A stretch of DNA of 64,000 nt from positions 19,304,101-19,368,100 of the forward strand of contig NC_092677.1 in assembly GCF_964355755.1 (NCBI RefSeq). Direction: 5' to 3'. The translations under genes were made by a program, and so were the position numbers. The notes beneath the pieces are model-generated. The model was given only the letters and a program-made list of their open reading frames with translations. It was not told the DNA's origin and searched no databases. The stretch comes from Antedon mediterranea (Eukaryota > Animalia > Echinodermata). Below, piece after piece: positions 38,601-47,944 of the stretch; the stretch's first letter is position 1; each line of letters opens with the position of its first letter.

Positions 38601-41600
38601 ACTTCTGAGAATGTGGCATAGTGAGTGGAGCTAATCTATGCAAAGGCGTGAGTTTCGCAAGGCTAATACGCTAGGTTTACAGTAGGTATGTGTGAAGAAA
38701 GAAAATTTTAGAGAAACACCTTATTTCTAGTACTTCAACTTACTTTAAGTGAGGTATAATATCCTTAAATGTGATCTCATCTGCAACCGTTGAATACAAA
38801 TCTGGGCTATAAACAAAAACAATATGAAAGTAAAAACTAATAATATAGATATTATAGATATAATTACCATAGTGATATGGGTATATTCCAACCCTATGTG
38901 TTATCTTAAATTATTATTTGTGATATAGCTAATGCCAATTGTACTGTACATACCAGTTATTTACAATAGCTTCCAGTAATGATAATGATTTGTGTGTAAT
39001 AACATCATTGATAACCTTCTTAGCAATGGCAGCATCCTCTGCATTCTTTATCACCACAGGGTCCATAGATTTAGGAGCAAGGCTACTTTCTTTAGGATCT
39101 GGACTCTCTTTAGCACAGTTGGCAACCTAAAAAAAGTTAGATGGTGGTGGATGCAAATAAATATGAAAAAGTAGTGGGAACTTCACAGTAATCGCAGTAC
39201 AAGAAGCTTAGAAATACTTACTCTTTTAACAAAGACAGCAGTGAGCAAATCCCAGGAGACAATGCTATGGTCCATTAGCTCCAAGAATGCAGACAATGCA
39301 CATCCTAGACTCTCACCCCGTCTAATGGTCAAAACCAAAATGAGGAGTATGTGAGTTATAAGCCTGTATATTCATAATATATTTACTACTTTGTTGATTT
39401 TTTTATTGAGATTGAGAACACCAGCAGACAAGTTGCAAAAAGGTAAAATTTAGGTTCATAATCTAGTTTATGAATTTTTCAATACGGTTCTGAGGGGTAC
39501 GTAAAATAAAAATGTTACGGATACAAATAATGAATGTCCATAAGTTGGATCATGATGGTGAGTTGAAAGGTTGACTGTGTTAAATATAATATCCAATGAA
39601 TGAACCATTCTCTCCATTGATTGATTTCAAACATGGATCAGTTCAACCTTGCATGGCAGAAAATGTTTACAAAAAGGTGAACATACATTAGATATCAATT
39701 TTCCGTTCAAAGAAATATAGAACCAGTTTGAATATTGGTATGGTACTCTTGGCATAAAACCAGGTTCAGATAATTTTTTTTAATTGTCAATGCGGCAAAA
39801 TTATTTTCTATTGTTTATTTATTCTCAGCTTTAATGATTTCAAACTCATCAACTCAATGCTAGTTTGTTTTTACAAACTATTCTCCGTGCCTAGTGAAGC
39901 TACTAAATGAATCAAGACATACTCTTCTCCTCCTTCTACAAGTCCAAGAAGGAGACCACTGCCCTTCTTTGCTATGAATTCTGTGGCAAAGGCTACATCA
40001 CTTGAGGCTATTGTAAGCTTTTTTAATGCCTGATGTCGCTCCTCCTGGTCTGAAGACCGCAATGTGTTGAAAAGATCCAACGCAGCCTTGTGCTGTAAAT
40101 ATACAACTTGGTTATGACTCAAAAGAAATTTCAAAATATTTATACCTAATATTTTAAAATGTTTATCAAAGAAAACTCAACAATAAAACTTTGATTTTGT
40201 AAAAACAAAAACAAAGGTTTGTTTTTCACTTATTAAACAATGCATGAATTGATTATAACTAGATGACCCAATTTGTGTTTTGTATGTAACCAGGGAGATG
40301 TAACATTAGGGTTGAGGGATGGGAAAGCGGATAGGTGCAAAGAGGAACAATTTTTAAATATATTCTTTATCCACTCAGTAACGAAATATTTGTTTCATGT
40401 TTTATAGGCCAATAAATAATATACCTCTAAATACAGTAAAACATTTGCGATTTAATACTTTGTTAAAACTGTCACTGTCATAATCGATTGAAATATTAAA
40501 GTCACGATACACCACTACGACGTTTATATTTTTGGTAATTATTAATTAATACAAACGTTGAGAAGGAACTGTCAGTATAAAGTTTATTTGTATATAATAA
40601 TGTGTTTATATATCTAACAGTAGAGCCTATCCACAATCTCAGTAATAAGTTTATTTGTATATATTTTTATATTACATCTAACAGTACGAACATTCACAGT
40701 AAGAAATGTTCGATTCAAATGAGGACCAAAAATAGTTAATAGGTATTTACAGTGTTGTTCAAGTTTATTCTCAAAGGGCCCATATTTACCTACCGTATGT
40801 GTTAAACCAAGGGCTCATAAATTTACCTACTTGTGTTAAACCAAACTCTGGCAGACTGAGAGATTGGGATGTTCCATTCATCGCAATCAATACATTTGTA
40901 TAATCGTATATTAAATCTATCAAAATCGTATTTTTTAAAGAAAATCGGCCTGTCTTCAACATTATGATGCTGTACTCTAGCTGTTCAACCGGTTTTCAGC
41001 TATTAAAAACAATTATCGTAGGAGGAGATAGGAAAATGCAAAGCCTCCTAGCATTTTTGTGGCGGGTATTTTTCAAGATGGACATCCATTAGACAGTGTA
41101 TACCACGATCGGAAAACACCCCTATTTGGGGAAAATCGTTGAACCTAAATTCGTTTTAATCGTCAATAACTAATTATCTAACTCAATTTAATTAGTAAAC
41201 AGGGTTACATCAGGTGGTTAAAATCAGTACCAAAAGTACGAACCAACTTTATATACCATCGAGTAAACATTCTAGAAGTAACGCGCGATTTACCGAATTT
41301 TGCCCTTACATAAATTTATATATAGATGGACCGATATTAATGTTTTCTACAGTATTCTCTTGATTCAATACCTAGATTTGTTGGGTTTATCAAAAATATC
41401 GGGAAAGAGTTGACTTGGAATATCAGAAAAGTTAGGTCTGAAAATACAGTAAATTTTAAAGGTGATGCGACATAAAGTGTTATCATTGCTGACTGTGTTT
41501 TTATGCAAGCCTTTTGAAAAGTTCATGTACAGGCCTACTTGTATTCTGCAAAACCCAAGGTCAGGTTTAGTAGATTGCACTGTAGCTCATCAGACAACTG

Positions 41601-44316
41601 AACAAGGCTGTAGATAACCATAACGAGAACATTAAAGCAATATTTCACCCGTGTTTGAAATGATGGATGACTGTGGCGGGGTAAATGTGTATATGTTTAT
41701 TTTACCACCTAGGAAGTTGTTCAGGATCGTGATTGTGATAGATACGGATGGGGATATCTCGGAGACTAGGCGAAAGGGACTGCTCATAAATGTTATACCC
41801 TTTATTGTTATTATTACTAATAATAGTTCAAGTTAAACAAAAAAAAGATTGTGAATTTTAAAAACTATTAATTAACTGTGTATGCACCACATACCATATG
41901 CATAAAAATTACAAAAGCTATAGCCAGTGGAGCAGTAGCCTTCAACAATGAAGTTTTCTCCTAACAGGAAGAAGAAGAAGAGGCTATGAATATGGATTTG
42001 AGGATGACCGCAGTAAATTTGCAACGGTACACCTCTGAATTATTTGTGGTACCTGCCTCAGTTATAGCCTGGTCTATAATAAAACAATTATTTGTTTACA
42101 TTGAATGTAAAAGCTAGTAATGCAATGGGGTGCTGTCATCTGAAATTGCTGAATTATTGACCCAGGTAACACATATTCCCATGCTAACATTTCCCATTCA
42201 ACCAGACAGCAAAAAACTAAAGACCTCACAGGAGCATGGTTATTCATTGAAAATTGAAAATACCTTGTCGAAAATTGCTAACTTTGTGGCTTTCCCCATA
42301 TTCTTTTCTAAACTACTGCTTCATACTACTGTTCTTTTGAAAATATCGAGGTATATCAGAACAATACCGTCATAAACGAAGACCCCAATAGAATTTCATG
42401 TTTGGGATTTTTCTGCCGAGTCAGATGGCATAAAGGCCACTTGCGCTACAATATAGTGGATTTCTCCCAATGTACTAACCCAGCCTTCCGTAAACTTTTG
42501 ATTTTGCGGCCTAAAATCCAGTTCCTGGGGCCAAGCCACGGCCAACCACCCAGCTGGACAAAAGTAATGAAGCTACAGTAAAAGAAGAGATACTTCAGCC
42601 CCACCATGATTGGGGCTGAGGGATGAGCATTTTAGGTATATGGACAGGTCCCCGGAAAAGGCATTGAATATTTGTTTTTTGAGTGTAAAAATTGCACTGG
42701 TGATCCACCGAAAAAAATAAGCATTGTCCAGGGTTTTCCCTTTACAACGCACACGACATGTGTCATGAATGTTTCACTGAACACATGTTTTCTATTTAGA
42801 TCTTGATTAATAATTAACACATTAAACTTACTGGGGAATCTGTGAGTTTCAGAATTGTTCCCTTTTTCAGTTCATGCCTGTTTTTCTCTGTAACATAGAT
42901 GAATGCATCTTGGTATTGTAAGCTGTACTCTGCATGGTTGGATAGTGACCAGTCTTCACATAGTCTCATGATTATGTTCCTCAAAGGTTTGTCCTATATA
43001 GAAAAATTTAAAAATATTAATGAAATATCGATGTACAGTACAGTACAGTGTTGACCAGCATTAATGTTAATTATTAATTATTATAATTAATTTTAAAGCC
43101 TTCTTCCTTCTGCCTTATTATAATGTACAGTTACTATCATTATCCACGTTATACTGCAGCCTAGAGTAATCTTTGCTAACTAAGACTTTGAGAAGCTAAA
43201 GCCTAAATGACCTATCACTTGAACTATCAATTATTATAGATTTATCATACACTCTTTCAATGAGGTAAATCGTGTGCTACACTCACGCTAAGGTCAAAAT
43301 TGCTTTAGCAAAACTGGTGAAAGGTCGCAGATTTTTCTTCGCCAAATTGGAAATTCTTTAGCAAATTTATAAAAACTATGAAAATGGCCAAATTGTTAAA
43401 TACATATTAAATGTGTACGTTGTTGTGTAGTGTTGTTTTTATCTTCTTTTCATTAAAAATTTGTGATTAAAACATCAATAAAATATGACTGTAAGAACGT
43501 TAGGCCTAGTATCTACTATATTGTAGGCTCACGATAACCAGTCACCACGACTGAGTCGCATGTGTGTTCATGTTTATTGTCAATCAATATAAAATAATGA
43601 ATACATTTTTTGTTTGTGTGTTTTATTTGCTTCTTTTCCATCTTCTTAGTCACAAAAACATTACAACATAACACATTACAATCGCACAAGGAATGTCCAC
43701 CGCATGTTATTTGCGAAAACCAGTATTCATGCGCAGTTTGTTTGTTTGTAATGATAATTACTGCTCATGATGAAAGTATAGCGATTCTGAAAAGAAACTC
43801 TCGTTAGCCGAGCGTGTACAGTTACAGATAACGCAGTACAGTAATATGTAGTGCTCCGTTTTAAATTTACTTGATCATTGACACGGAAAAATGTGTGTAA
43901 TGTCACGCAATGTTATTTCTGGGTCAGTTGTCGGCGGCTATGTTGCGAGTTACAGAAAATTTTATTTAGCGCCAGGCCAAGACAAACAAATTTCTTTTAC
44001 GTCAGTTTTGCTAAGGATATCATTTTTTTTCCTGCGAGTTGTCAACTCCAATCGCAAAGACGCAAATGGCTAGCGTGACCGTAGGTGTGGTAATCAATGC
44101 GGGAGGGCTGGAGGATAGGGACAGTGCTATTGGTGTACAAGCATAATTGTGCATGTTTGTTGCAAGGTCTGCAAGCAAATCAAAGTGTTTATACTACTGT
44201 ACCTGTTCAAAAACAACTAATTGAGCATTCTGCCCCTTCATTGTGACCGCAAGTCTCACTGTATTATCATCAAGAACGCGTCCTCTGTAATCCGTACCCG
44301 TCATTATTACAGCCAT
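5411..44316 (-). CDS. ELMO: Engulfment and cell motility protein (ELMO/CED-12 family, paralog B); 19 coding exons, 747 aa (gene span)
   Basis: Manually spliced join: 44316-44203, 42993-42832, 40092-39923, 39321-39222, 39126-38954, 38806-38744, 31697-31616, 30738-30685, 30023-29907, 26235-26122, 25932-25828, 24576-24468, 24157-24021, 23249-23080, 10507-10395, 7141-7037, 6695-6622, 6476-6396, 5611-5411 = 2244 nt. All introns are GT-AG, phases are consistent, and there are no internal stops. Colinear with the ELMO RBD, ARM/EID, ELMO domain, PH domain and PxxP tail. Confidence 0.95.
5913..6120. repeat. 17-bp minisatellite (aggggacatccctatt[a/c], about 9-10 copies) within a pogo/Tc1-like MITE remnant
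   Basis: Direct tandem copies at 5913-6075. The right end gggttctactg resembles a CAGTAGAACCC-type TIR; no left TIR found. Confidence 0.8.
6396..6476 (-). CDS. ELMO: ELMO-B coding exon 18 (PH domain)
   Basis: ttttag|GGT...TCT|gtaagt; [27 protein letters not shown], resembling ELMO FSILYD...LNF. Confidence 0.88.
6622..6695 (-). CDS. ELMO: ELMO-B coding exon 17 (PH domain)
   Basis: tttcag|TA...AGG|gtaaga; (I)[24 protein letters not shown], resembling [20 protein letters not shown]. Confidence 0.9.
7037..7141 (-). CDS. ELMO: ELMO-B coding exon 16 (PH domain)
   Basis: (G)[34 protein letters not shown], resembling [18 protein letters not shown]; AG/GT boundaries. Confidence 0.95.
8872..10021 (+). 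mobile_element. Non-autonomous Helitron (family copy 1)
   Basis: A|TCTATATATAAATTTACG... 5' end and ...ccatCTAG|T 3' end, inserted between A and T with no TSD. Homologous to 20109-22653 and 40259-41326. Confidence 0.8.
10395..10507 (-). CDS. ELMO: ELMO-B coding exon 15
   Basis: [37 protein letters not shown], resembling [25 protein letters not shown]; tttcag / gtaata boundaries. Confidence 0.95.
11397..11580. mobile_element. Small inverted-repeat MITE nested in the Sola3 element (Harbinger-like)
   Basis: ttttccactaggtgaa near 11397 is inverted to ttcgcctagtggaaaa near 11558-11573. Confidence 0.5.
12155..12512 (+). mobile_element. tRNA-derived SINE with a Deu/Nin-like central domain, nested in the Sola3 element
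   Basis: A box tggccgagcgg (12166), B box ggttcgaggc (12221). The central tract tcggataaggactataaaccgtaggtcc...ttaaagaacc...gagtagggggttactccggtgt resembles the DeuSINE/Nin core as recalled. (AAAT)n/A tail at about 12497-12512. Confidence 0.75.
15409..17196 (+). mobile_element. Ty3/Gypsy (Mag/K02A2.6-like) LTR retrotransposon, internally deleted, retaining only the integrase region
   Basis: LTRs 15409-15541 and 17059-17196; 5-bp TSD aatgg (15404-15408, 17197-17201); PPT agaaaagggaaga before the 3' LTR. Integrase motifs (IHESH..MEKCK.RAR...YWPGM...[33 protein letters not shown]) are interrupted by stops. Confidence 0.92.
17935..18006 (+). tRNA. tRNA-Val(AAC)-like copy 1 (probable pseudogene)
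   Basis: ggcttcttggcgtagtggttatcacgtttgcttAACacgcagaaggtacctggttcgagcccggacgaaacc followed by oligo-T. A and B boxes intact; two acceptor-stem mismatches. Confidence 0.75.
18223..18293 (+). tRNA. tRNA-Val(AAC)-like copy 2 (pseudogene)
   Basis: Perfect acceptor stem ggtttcg/cgaaacc and anticodon AAC, but mutated D-loop (gtga) and T-loop (ggttaga). Confidence 0.7.
18445..18519 (+). pseudogene. tRNA-Val-like copy 3 (duplicate of copy 1 with an expanded anticodon loop)
   Basis: Near-identical to copy 1 including flanks; the loop reads cttaaaaacac (3 extra A); oligo-T terminator follows. Confidence 0.7.
18553..18958 (-). mobile_element. 5'-truncated LINE 3' end (Rex1/Babar-like) inserted in the HINE
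   Basis: ORF end ...DASHPLH...[23 protein letters not shown]; (TATCT)n tail at 18553-18570. Interrupts a sequence that is contiguous in the duplicate at about 18030-18060. Confidence 0.75.
20109..22653 (-). mobile_element. Non-autonomous Helitron (family copy 2, longest, with internal duplications)
   Basis: Minus strand A|TCTATATATAAAT at 22653. The 3' end carries a GC-rich hairpin ctagatggtacgcgagcgaagcgagcgtgccatCTAG|T ending at 20109. About 21270-21620 repeats about 22080-22380. Confidence 0.85.
23080..23249 (-). CDS. ELMO: ELMO-B coding exon 14
   Basis: [56 protein letters not shown], resembling VMQVVKEQ..RAL...LSYTEIL; acceptor is gag, donor gtaagt. Confidence 0.93.
24021..24157 (-). 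CDS. ELMO: ELMO-B coding exon 13 (ELMO domain)
   Basis: (P)[45 protein letters not shown]; signature [11 protein letters not shown]. Confidence 0.97.
24468..24576 (-). CDS. ELMO: ELMO-B coding exon 12 (ELMO domain)
   Basis: [36 protein letters not shown]; signature VLENSSR...HECPFGR. Confidence 0.97.
24731..25474. mobile_element. Tc1/mariner-pogo-type MITE
   Basis: TA|CAGTACCATCC ... GGATGGTACTG|TA; imperfect TIR of about 25-30 bp, TA TSD. Confidence 0.75.
25828..25932 (-). CDS. ELMO: ELMO-B coding exon 11 (ELMO domain)
   Basis: [35 protein letters not shown], resembling NPAMDFTQTPPGMLALDNM. Confidence 0.96.
26122..26235 (-). CDS. ELMO: ELMO-B coding exon 10
   Basis: [38 protein letters not shown], resembling ELRRIAF...YTRDYKKLGF. 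Confidence 0.95.
26500..27190 (+). mobile_element. Decayed Gypsy pol fragments (RNase H to integrase C-terminus)
   Basis: [17 protein letters not shown] at about 26535 and [36 protein letters not shown] at about 26890-27000; stops and frameshifts; no LTR recognised. Confidence 0.7.
27568..28673. repeat. 74-bp tandem repeat, about 15 copies
   Basis: Unit gtgtggtacggcggaacagcactagtcccttaattgtacggacgtgcaccagagatcaaatagatacgcccttg (period from 27641 to 27715); near-identical units with no spacers. Confidence 0.97.
28700..29590 (-). mobile_element. Highly decayed RTE-like LINE fragment (endonuclease region)
   Basis: Minus strand [19 protein letters not shown] at about 29525-29580 resembles the APE-domain ..S.YAPT......K..FY motif; many disruptions; boundaries approximate. 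Confidence 0.5.
29907..30023 (-). CDS. ELMO: ELMO-B coding exon 9
   Basis: [39 protein letters not shown], resembling [24 protein letters not shown]. Confidence 0.95.
30685..30738 (-). CDS. ELMO: ELMO-B coding exon 8
   Basis: ttatcag|GCA...GAA|gtaagt; [18 protein letters not shown], resembling LAQKQLRSIILT; phase 0 on both sides fits the neighbouring exons. Confidence 0.88.
30858..30953 (+). ncRNA. Hammerhead-ribozyme-like motif in a long hairpin (Penelope/retrozyme-type remnant)
   Basis: CTGAGGA-c-GATC-loop-GATC-GAAA-gtc at 30887-30919, enclosed by tttctc/gagaaa and a 19-bp inverted repeat (30858-30876 / 30935-30953). Confidence 0.55.
31616..31697 (-). CDS. ELMO: ELMO-B coding exon 7
   Basis: [27 protein letters not shown], resembling SDQEIQTYTIAVINALFLKAPD. 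Confidence 0.95.
31866..36116. repeat. 80-bp tandem array, about 53 copies (4.25 kb), in ELMO-B intron 6
   Basis: Unit gcctaagcaagtagtaaggtaattcacagtttaaaatgtcaaatgctcacacatacagc[g/t]tttaagactggtgtgcatgg (period from 31901 to 31981); highly homogeneous. Confidence 0.98.
36130..36420 (+). mobile_element. 3' fragment of an RTE-X-like LINE
   Basis: [17 protein letters not shown]... resembles the C-terminal E..HF...C..Y..LR zinc-knuckle motif of non-LTR ORF2. Confidence 0.6.
36697..38532. mobile_element. Non-autonomous TIR DNA element of about 1.8 kb, superfamily unassigned
   Basis: TIRs of about 37 bp: atatgtgtaccgccaaaccaaaaccaggcgtttgtcg (36697) vs cgacaaatgcctggttttgatttggctgtacacatat (38496-38532), 3 mismatches; no clear TSD or ORF. 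Confidence 0.7.
38744..38806 (-). CDS. ELMO: ELMO-B coding exon 6
   Basis: (C)[20 protein letters not shown], resembling DLYQKVAQEITIGQLIPHL. Confidence 0.94.
38954..39126 (-). CDS. ELMO: ELMO-B coding exon 5 (contains an insertion of about 30 aa)
   Basis: [57 protein letters not shown]; the ends align to IASFVNK and D..ILQRSLAILESMVLN. Confidence 0.9.
39222..39321 (-). CDS. ELMO: ELMO-B coding exon 4
   Basis: [33 protein letters not shown]; signature AF.ELMDH.IVSWD. Confidence 0.97.
39923..40092 (-). CDS. ELMO: ELMO-B coding exon 3
   Basis: [56 protein letters not shown], resembling ALK.L..LS.D.TFA.EFI...G. Confidence 0.95.
40259..41326 (-). mobile_element. Non-autonomous Helitron (family copy 3)
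   Basis: Minus strand A|TCTATATATAAAT at 41326 and CTAG|T at 40259; body very similar to 21620-22653. Confidence 0.8.
42832..42993 (-). CDS. ELMO: ELMO-B coding exon 2 (Ras-binding domain)
   Basis: [54 protein letters not shown], resembling KPLSAIIKEVCDGWSLANH..YITEKNRNEIKNGTILRL. Confidence 0.97.
44203..44316 (-). CDS. ELMO: ELMO-B first coding exon
   Basis: ATG at 44316; [38 protein letters not shown]|gtacag, resembling IVKVAIEWPGAYPKLMEIDQ. An acceptor at 44346-44347 implies a non-coding upstream exon. A second in-frame ATG lies 4 codons downstream. Confidence 0.88.
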
Positions 44317-44549
44317 GATTACTGATTTTCTGACAGGCTATGTGACTGAAATATAAAAAAAAACAATGCATAGGATTAGTACTGATTTAACATTTCTTAT
44401 CAATCGTGGTCAAGTTAATTCTTTTCTATTACAGTAGGTGTTTTCTTTGGTGTTTATTTCTCTATCATGCCAACCTAAAAAAAAATGTTCCAGTGGGAAT
44501 TTTATTCCTGTTGAAGATCATCATTGGAAAAAAAATTACACGCACCTAA

Positions 44550-44710
44550 AGCCTTGTCTACACCATCAAACTTTATGTGAAAAAAAAATTTGATGTGCAC
44601 ATATATGGACATGATGATGTCATATCACTACCATATTTAAGGATATCACTACCATATTTGGGCACAGCACACTTTTTTTGTCAAACTAGTGTGATAGTCT
44701 AGACAGAGCT
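44550..44710. mobile_element. PIF/Harbinger-type MITE
   Basis: TAA|agccttgtctacaccatcaaact ... agtgtgatagtctagacagagct|TAA; 3-bp TAA TSD. Confidence 0.75.
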
Positions 44711-46724
44711 TAAGAAATTACCATGTGTTCTTTTTTCAGGAAGAGGCGATCGGCGAGGAGAGCCAATCTGAACGAACAACGATCATTGGAAAAACAATTC
44801 CGTTCCGTGTACATGCACCCTCTGGTAAGAAATTACCATGTGCGTTCCTCCATTGTGTAGTCCATTATGTGGAAAGAGGGGTGTACACTTTAAGTACCAA
44901 AGATAAACATGCGCCACTTACATCAATAATCCAGCTATCATCGGAAATTTCATATTTTTTAGGGGGATGATGCCCTTATTTTCAATGCAAAACACATAAT
45001 GTTTTATATGTATTTGCTGTAATATTGATTTAGAGACGTAGTTTTCTCAGATTTTTCAAAACAAATATTATTATGTGAATTTACCAAGGCCGGCATTGTA
45101 ATGACCTTGATTATGCAAAACATATTTTTTTAAATCTTCTTTTGTACAGGAACCATTCCTAGAGAGAATGTAAATCTTAAATTTAGTTAACACGTATCTT
45201 TACACTACAGTATATTCTTCGGCATAGTCTTATTTCAAACTTTCTGAAGATAGTCCGTGACTTTTAGTGACTAAAAGAGTGTTGGGCTACTAAAGATTTT
45301 ATTTTTTTTACCTCAGTCCAAACCACGGTGAGGCTGAAGTACTGTAATAAAATCTTTTCCACCAAGTCCATCAATCCCAAAACACAGTCTAGTAATTCCA
45401 AACTCAGGTTATTTGTTCGTATTCAGTTGTTTAATTTTCAGATAAACTGTGGACACGTACAATATAGTTTTAATAATAATTTAGTCTCCTATCAATTCAA
45501 TTCTTTAAAACCGATTAAAACATGGTCGGTGCAAGTGCTTTTTAAGTCAAAGTTACCATGTAGTAATTTGTATAGATTTTGCTCATCCATGGTCTAGAGT
45601 AGCACCAAAACAAATGTAAGCAAAATTAAATGTAACTAATTAAAATTGTGATATCTAGAATGGTTTGAGAATTAGCTAGCACAATGCAACACTGCATGAA
45701 AAATATGTTATACTGTATAAAACATTTTGATTATGGATTGTTAACAATTGCTTCTCTGGTCAAATAAGGGTGGTGCTTTTGAAAATAACTTTACTAACTA
45801 AACAGTATGCATGGGTCTCACCACTTATACTTGGCGAAAAACATTTTGGAAATGATGTCCTATAGCATTGTTTTGTAATTTTCTTTGATTTAGAAAAAAG
45901 GCAAAATAAATGAAAAATGAAATAAAAAGCATTAGGTGTTGGTGTCACAAGATTAGTTGTTCTAGAGGGATAGTTGACTTAGAGCCTGTTCACACGTGTG
46001 GTGTATGCCTTGCGTAGCCTACGCCTTGCGTGTGAACTTGGCAGTGCCATTATTAGCGCAACTCACTACGCCACAACCGTGGCGTTATTAACGACAGCTA
46101 CATACCCCATCTTAACTAATGCCACGGACCTAACTCCAGCGATGCTTGAATTATTTTGACCTTATTTCAAGATATTTACCATTTAATTCTTGTTTTTTAC
46201 TGTATGTATTGCGAATTTTATTGCTGATAATATATAAACAAGCTATTCAGCTGCTCTTTGATCTAAAAGCGCATGAATTGTTTAGGGTGAAATAAAGTAA
46301 AAATGGCCAAAAGCAGGGCTTTTTTCAGGAAAGAATTGATTTAGAAATCAAGCCCTGACTATATTTAAAAAAATGGTAAAAAAAAAAACAAAAGATGGTC
46401 ATTGAGACAGTGTAAAATCTAAAAAGGAACCATAAACGATAATTGGACCTCTATGTTATAACTCAAAATAATCGCAAAATAAGCCCTCTATGTTTAATTT
46501 TTCGCCGAATTGAGTATGGCTTTCCTGTACTAATTCAACCATAAAATACAAATAAACATGGGCTATTTTCCTTCAAATAGGCAAGTTAATTTGAAAATAA
46601 AAAATTTCTGAATATTTTTTATGGATGCGTGAGAAAAAGCTACATATGCATGAGACATTAAAAAGTTGCCACTCATACGCGAGACTCGCACATTATCAGT
46701 GAGAGTTGGCAGGTGTACCCTTAG

Positions 46725-46958
46725 GAGATAGTTGTCCTAGGGGAGGGGGGGGGGTGATTGTCTGGGGTAGGCTAGTTGTCCAGGGGAAGGCTAGTTGTCC
46801 AGGAGAAGGCTAGTTGTCCAGGAGAAGGCTAGTTGTCCAGGGGAATGCTAGTTGTCCAGGGGAAGGCTAGTTGTCCAGGGGAAGGCTAGTTGTCCAGGGA
46901 AAGGCTACAGTAGTTGTCCTAGGGTGGTAATTGTCCAGAGGGTAGTTTTCCGGATACG
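46725..46958. repeat. G-rich minisatellite of about 19 bp (ggggaaggctagttgtcca), probably inside a MITE
   Basis: About 8 well-conserved direct copies at about 46770-46910 with degenerate flanking copies. Confidence 0.8.
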
Positions 46959-47944
46959 TTGAGGTACGACGATGGCCTATAGCCTAAGTCACGTTAATTT
47001 TTTTTAAAGCCACACATAGCAATTTAAAAAACACACAGCAATTTGAAAATAAAACATCATGGCAAATTAAAAATAAAACACCACAGCTATTACTTGTTTA
47101 CTTGATTCCCAGGATTATCCTGGGTATAGAAGCCAAGCATACAGTGATTGGCATATGACCGGTTGGGCCGCCGACAAGTTGAGCCGCCGGTAATTTCTAT
47201 GAAACGCCCAGCGCGTCTTTTACGACATTTCGCGTAGTGATTAGAGCGGTGTCCTAGTACAAGTTCATGGTCTTTATGTGTATTGTGTCATGAAAATAAA
47301 TAATATATAATTACATACTACAATGTTGGTTTGAACCACCATAAACAACACAGCAAAGGAAAGTAATCTTTCAAGGTAAAAATGCCGTGCACTCTATATT
47401 TGTCTCGCGTGGACGTGTAGGCCTACCCAAAAGACTAATAGAGTATTGATATTTTTAAAATGATGTTAAATAATTAATATCTTTTATTTACTATCTTTTA
47501 ATATCATATTTTATTGAATTTTACAATTTTAATACACAAAATATTTTCCTAAAAAACGGTGATTTTATGTAATTATTTAACCTGAGGGGGAAACATGTTT
47601 ACGTCATTTTTGGCTAAAAACGATCATTTTCGGTGATGTTTTAGGTCTTTTATTTTGGAATCTACAAGTACAAGTCAGATTTTCATATTATAGTTCTTTA
47701 AAGTGTAATATTTAATACTATACTAAAAAGTGTGATATATAAACTTCGTTATCCCTAATGAAAATAGAACTTCTATTAAATAAAAAACGAGCACCGGCGA
47801 AAGTTAGCATTTGGCGTTTCATAGAAAATAACGTGATTTAGGCCCCTCGATGAAAATAATGTTTTAACATACGGCGCAAATTTTAGTGGGTGGTCAGCCC
47901 AACGTTTCAAAATATGAGCAGTACTAACTAAATAGAAAGTAATG

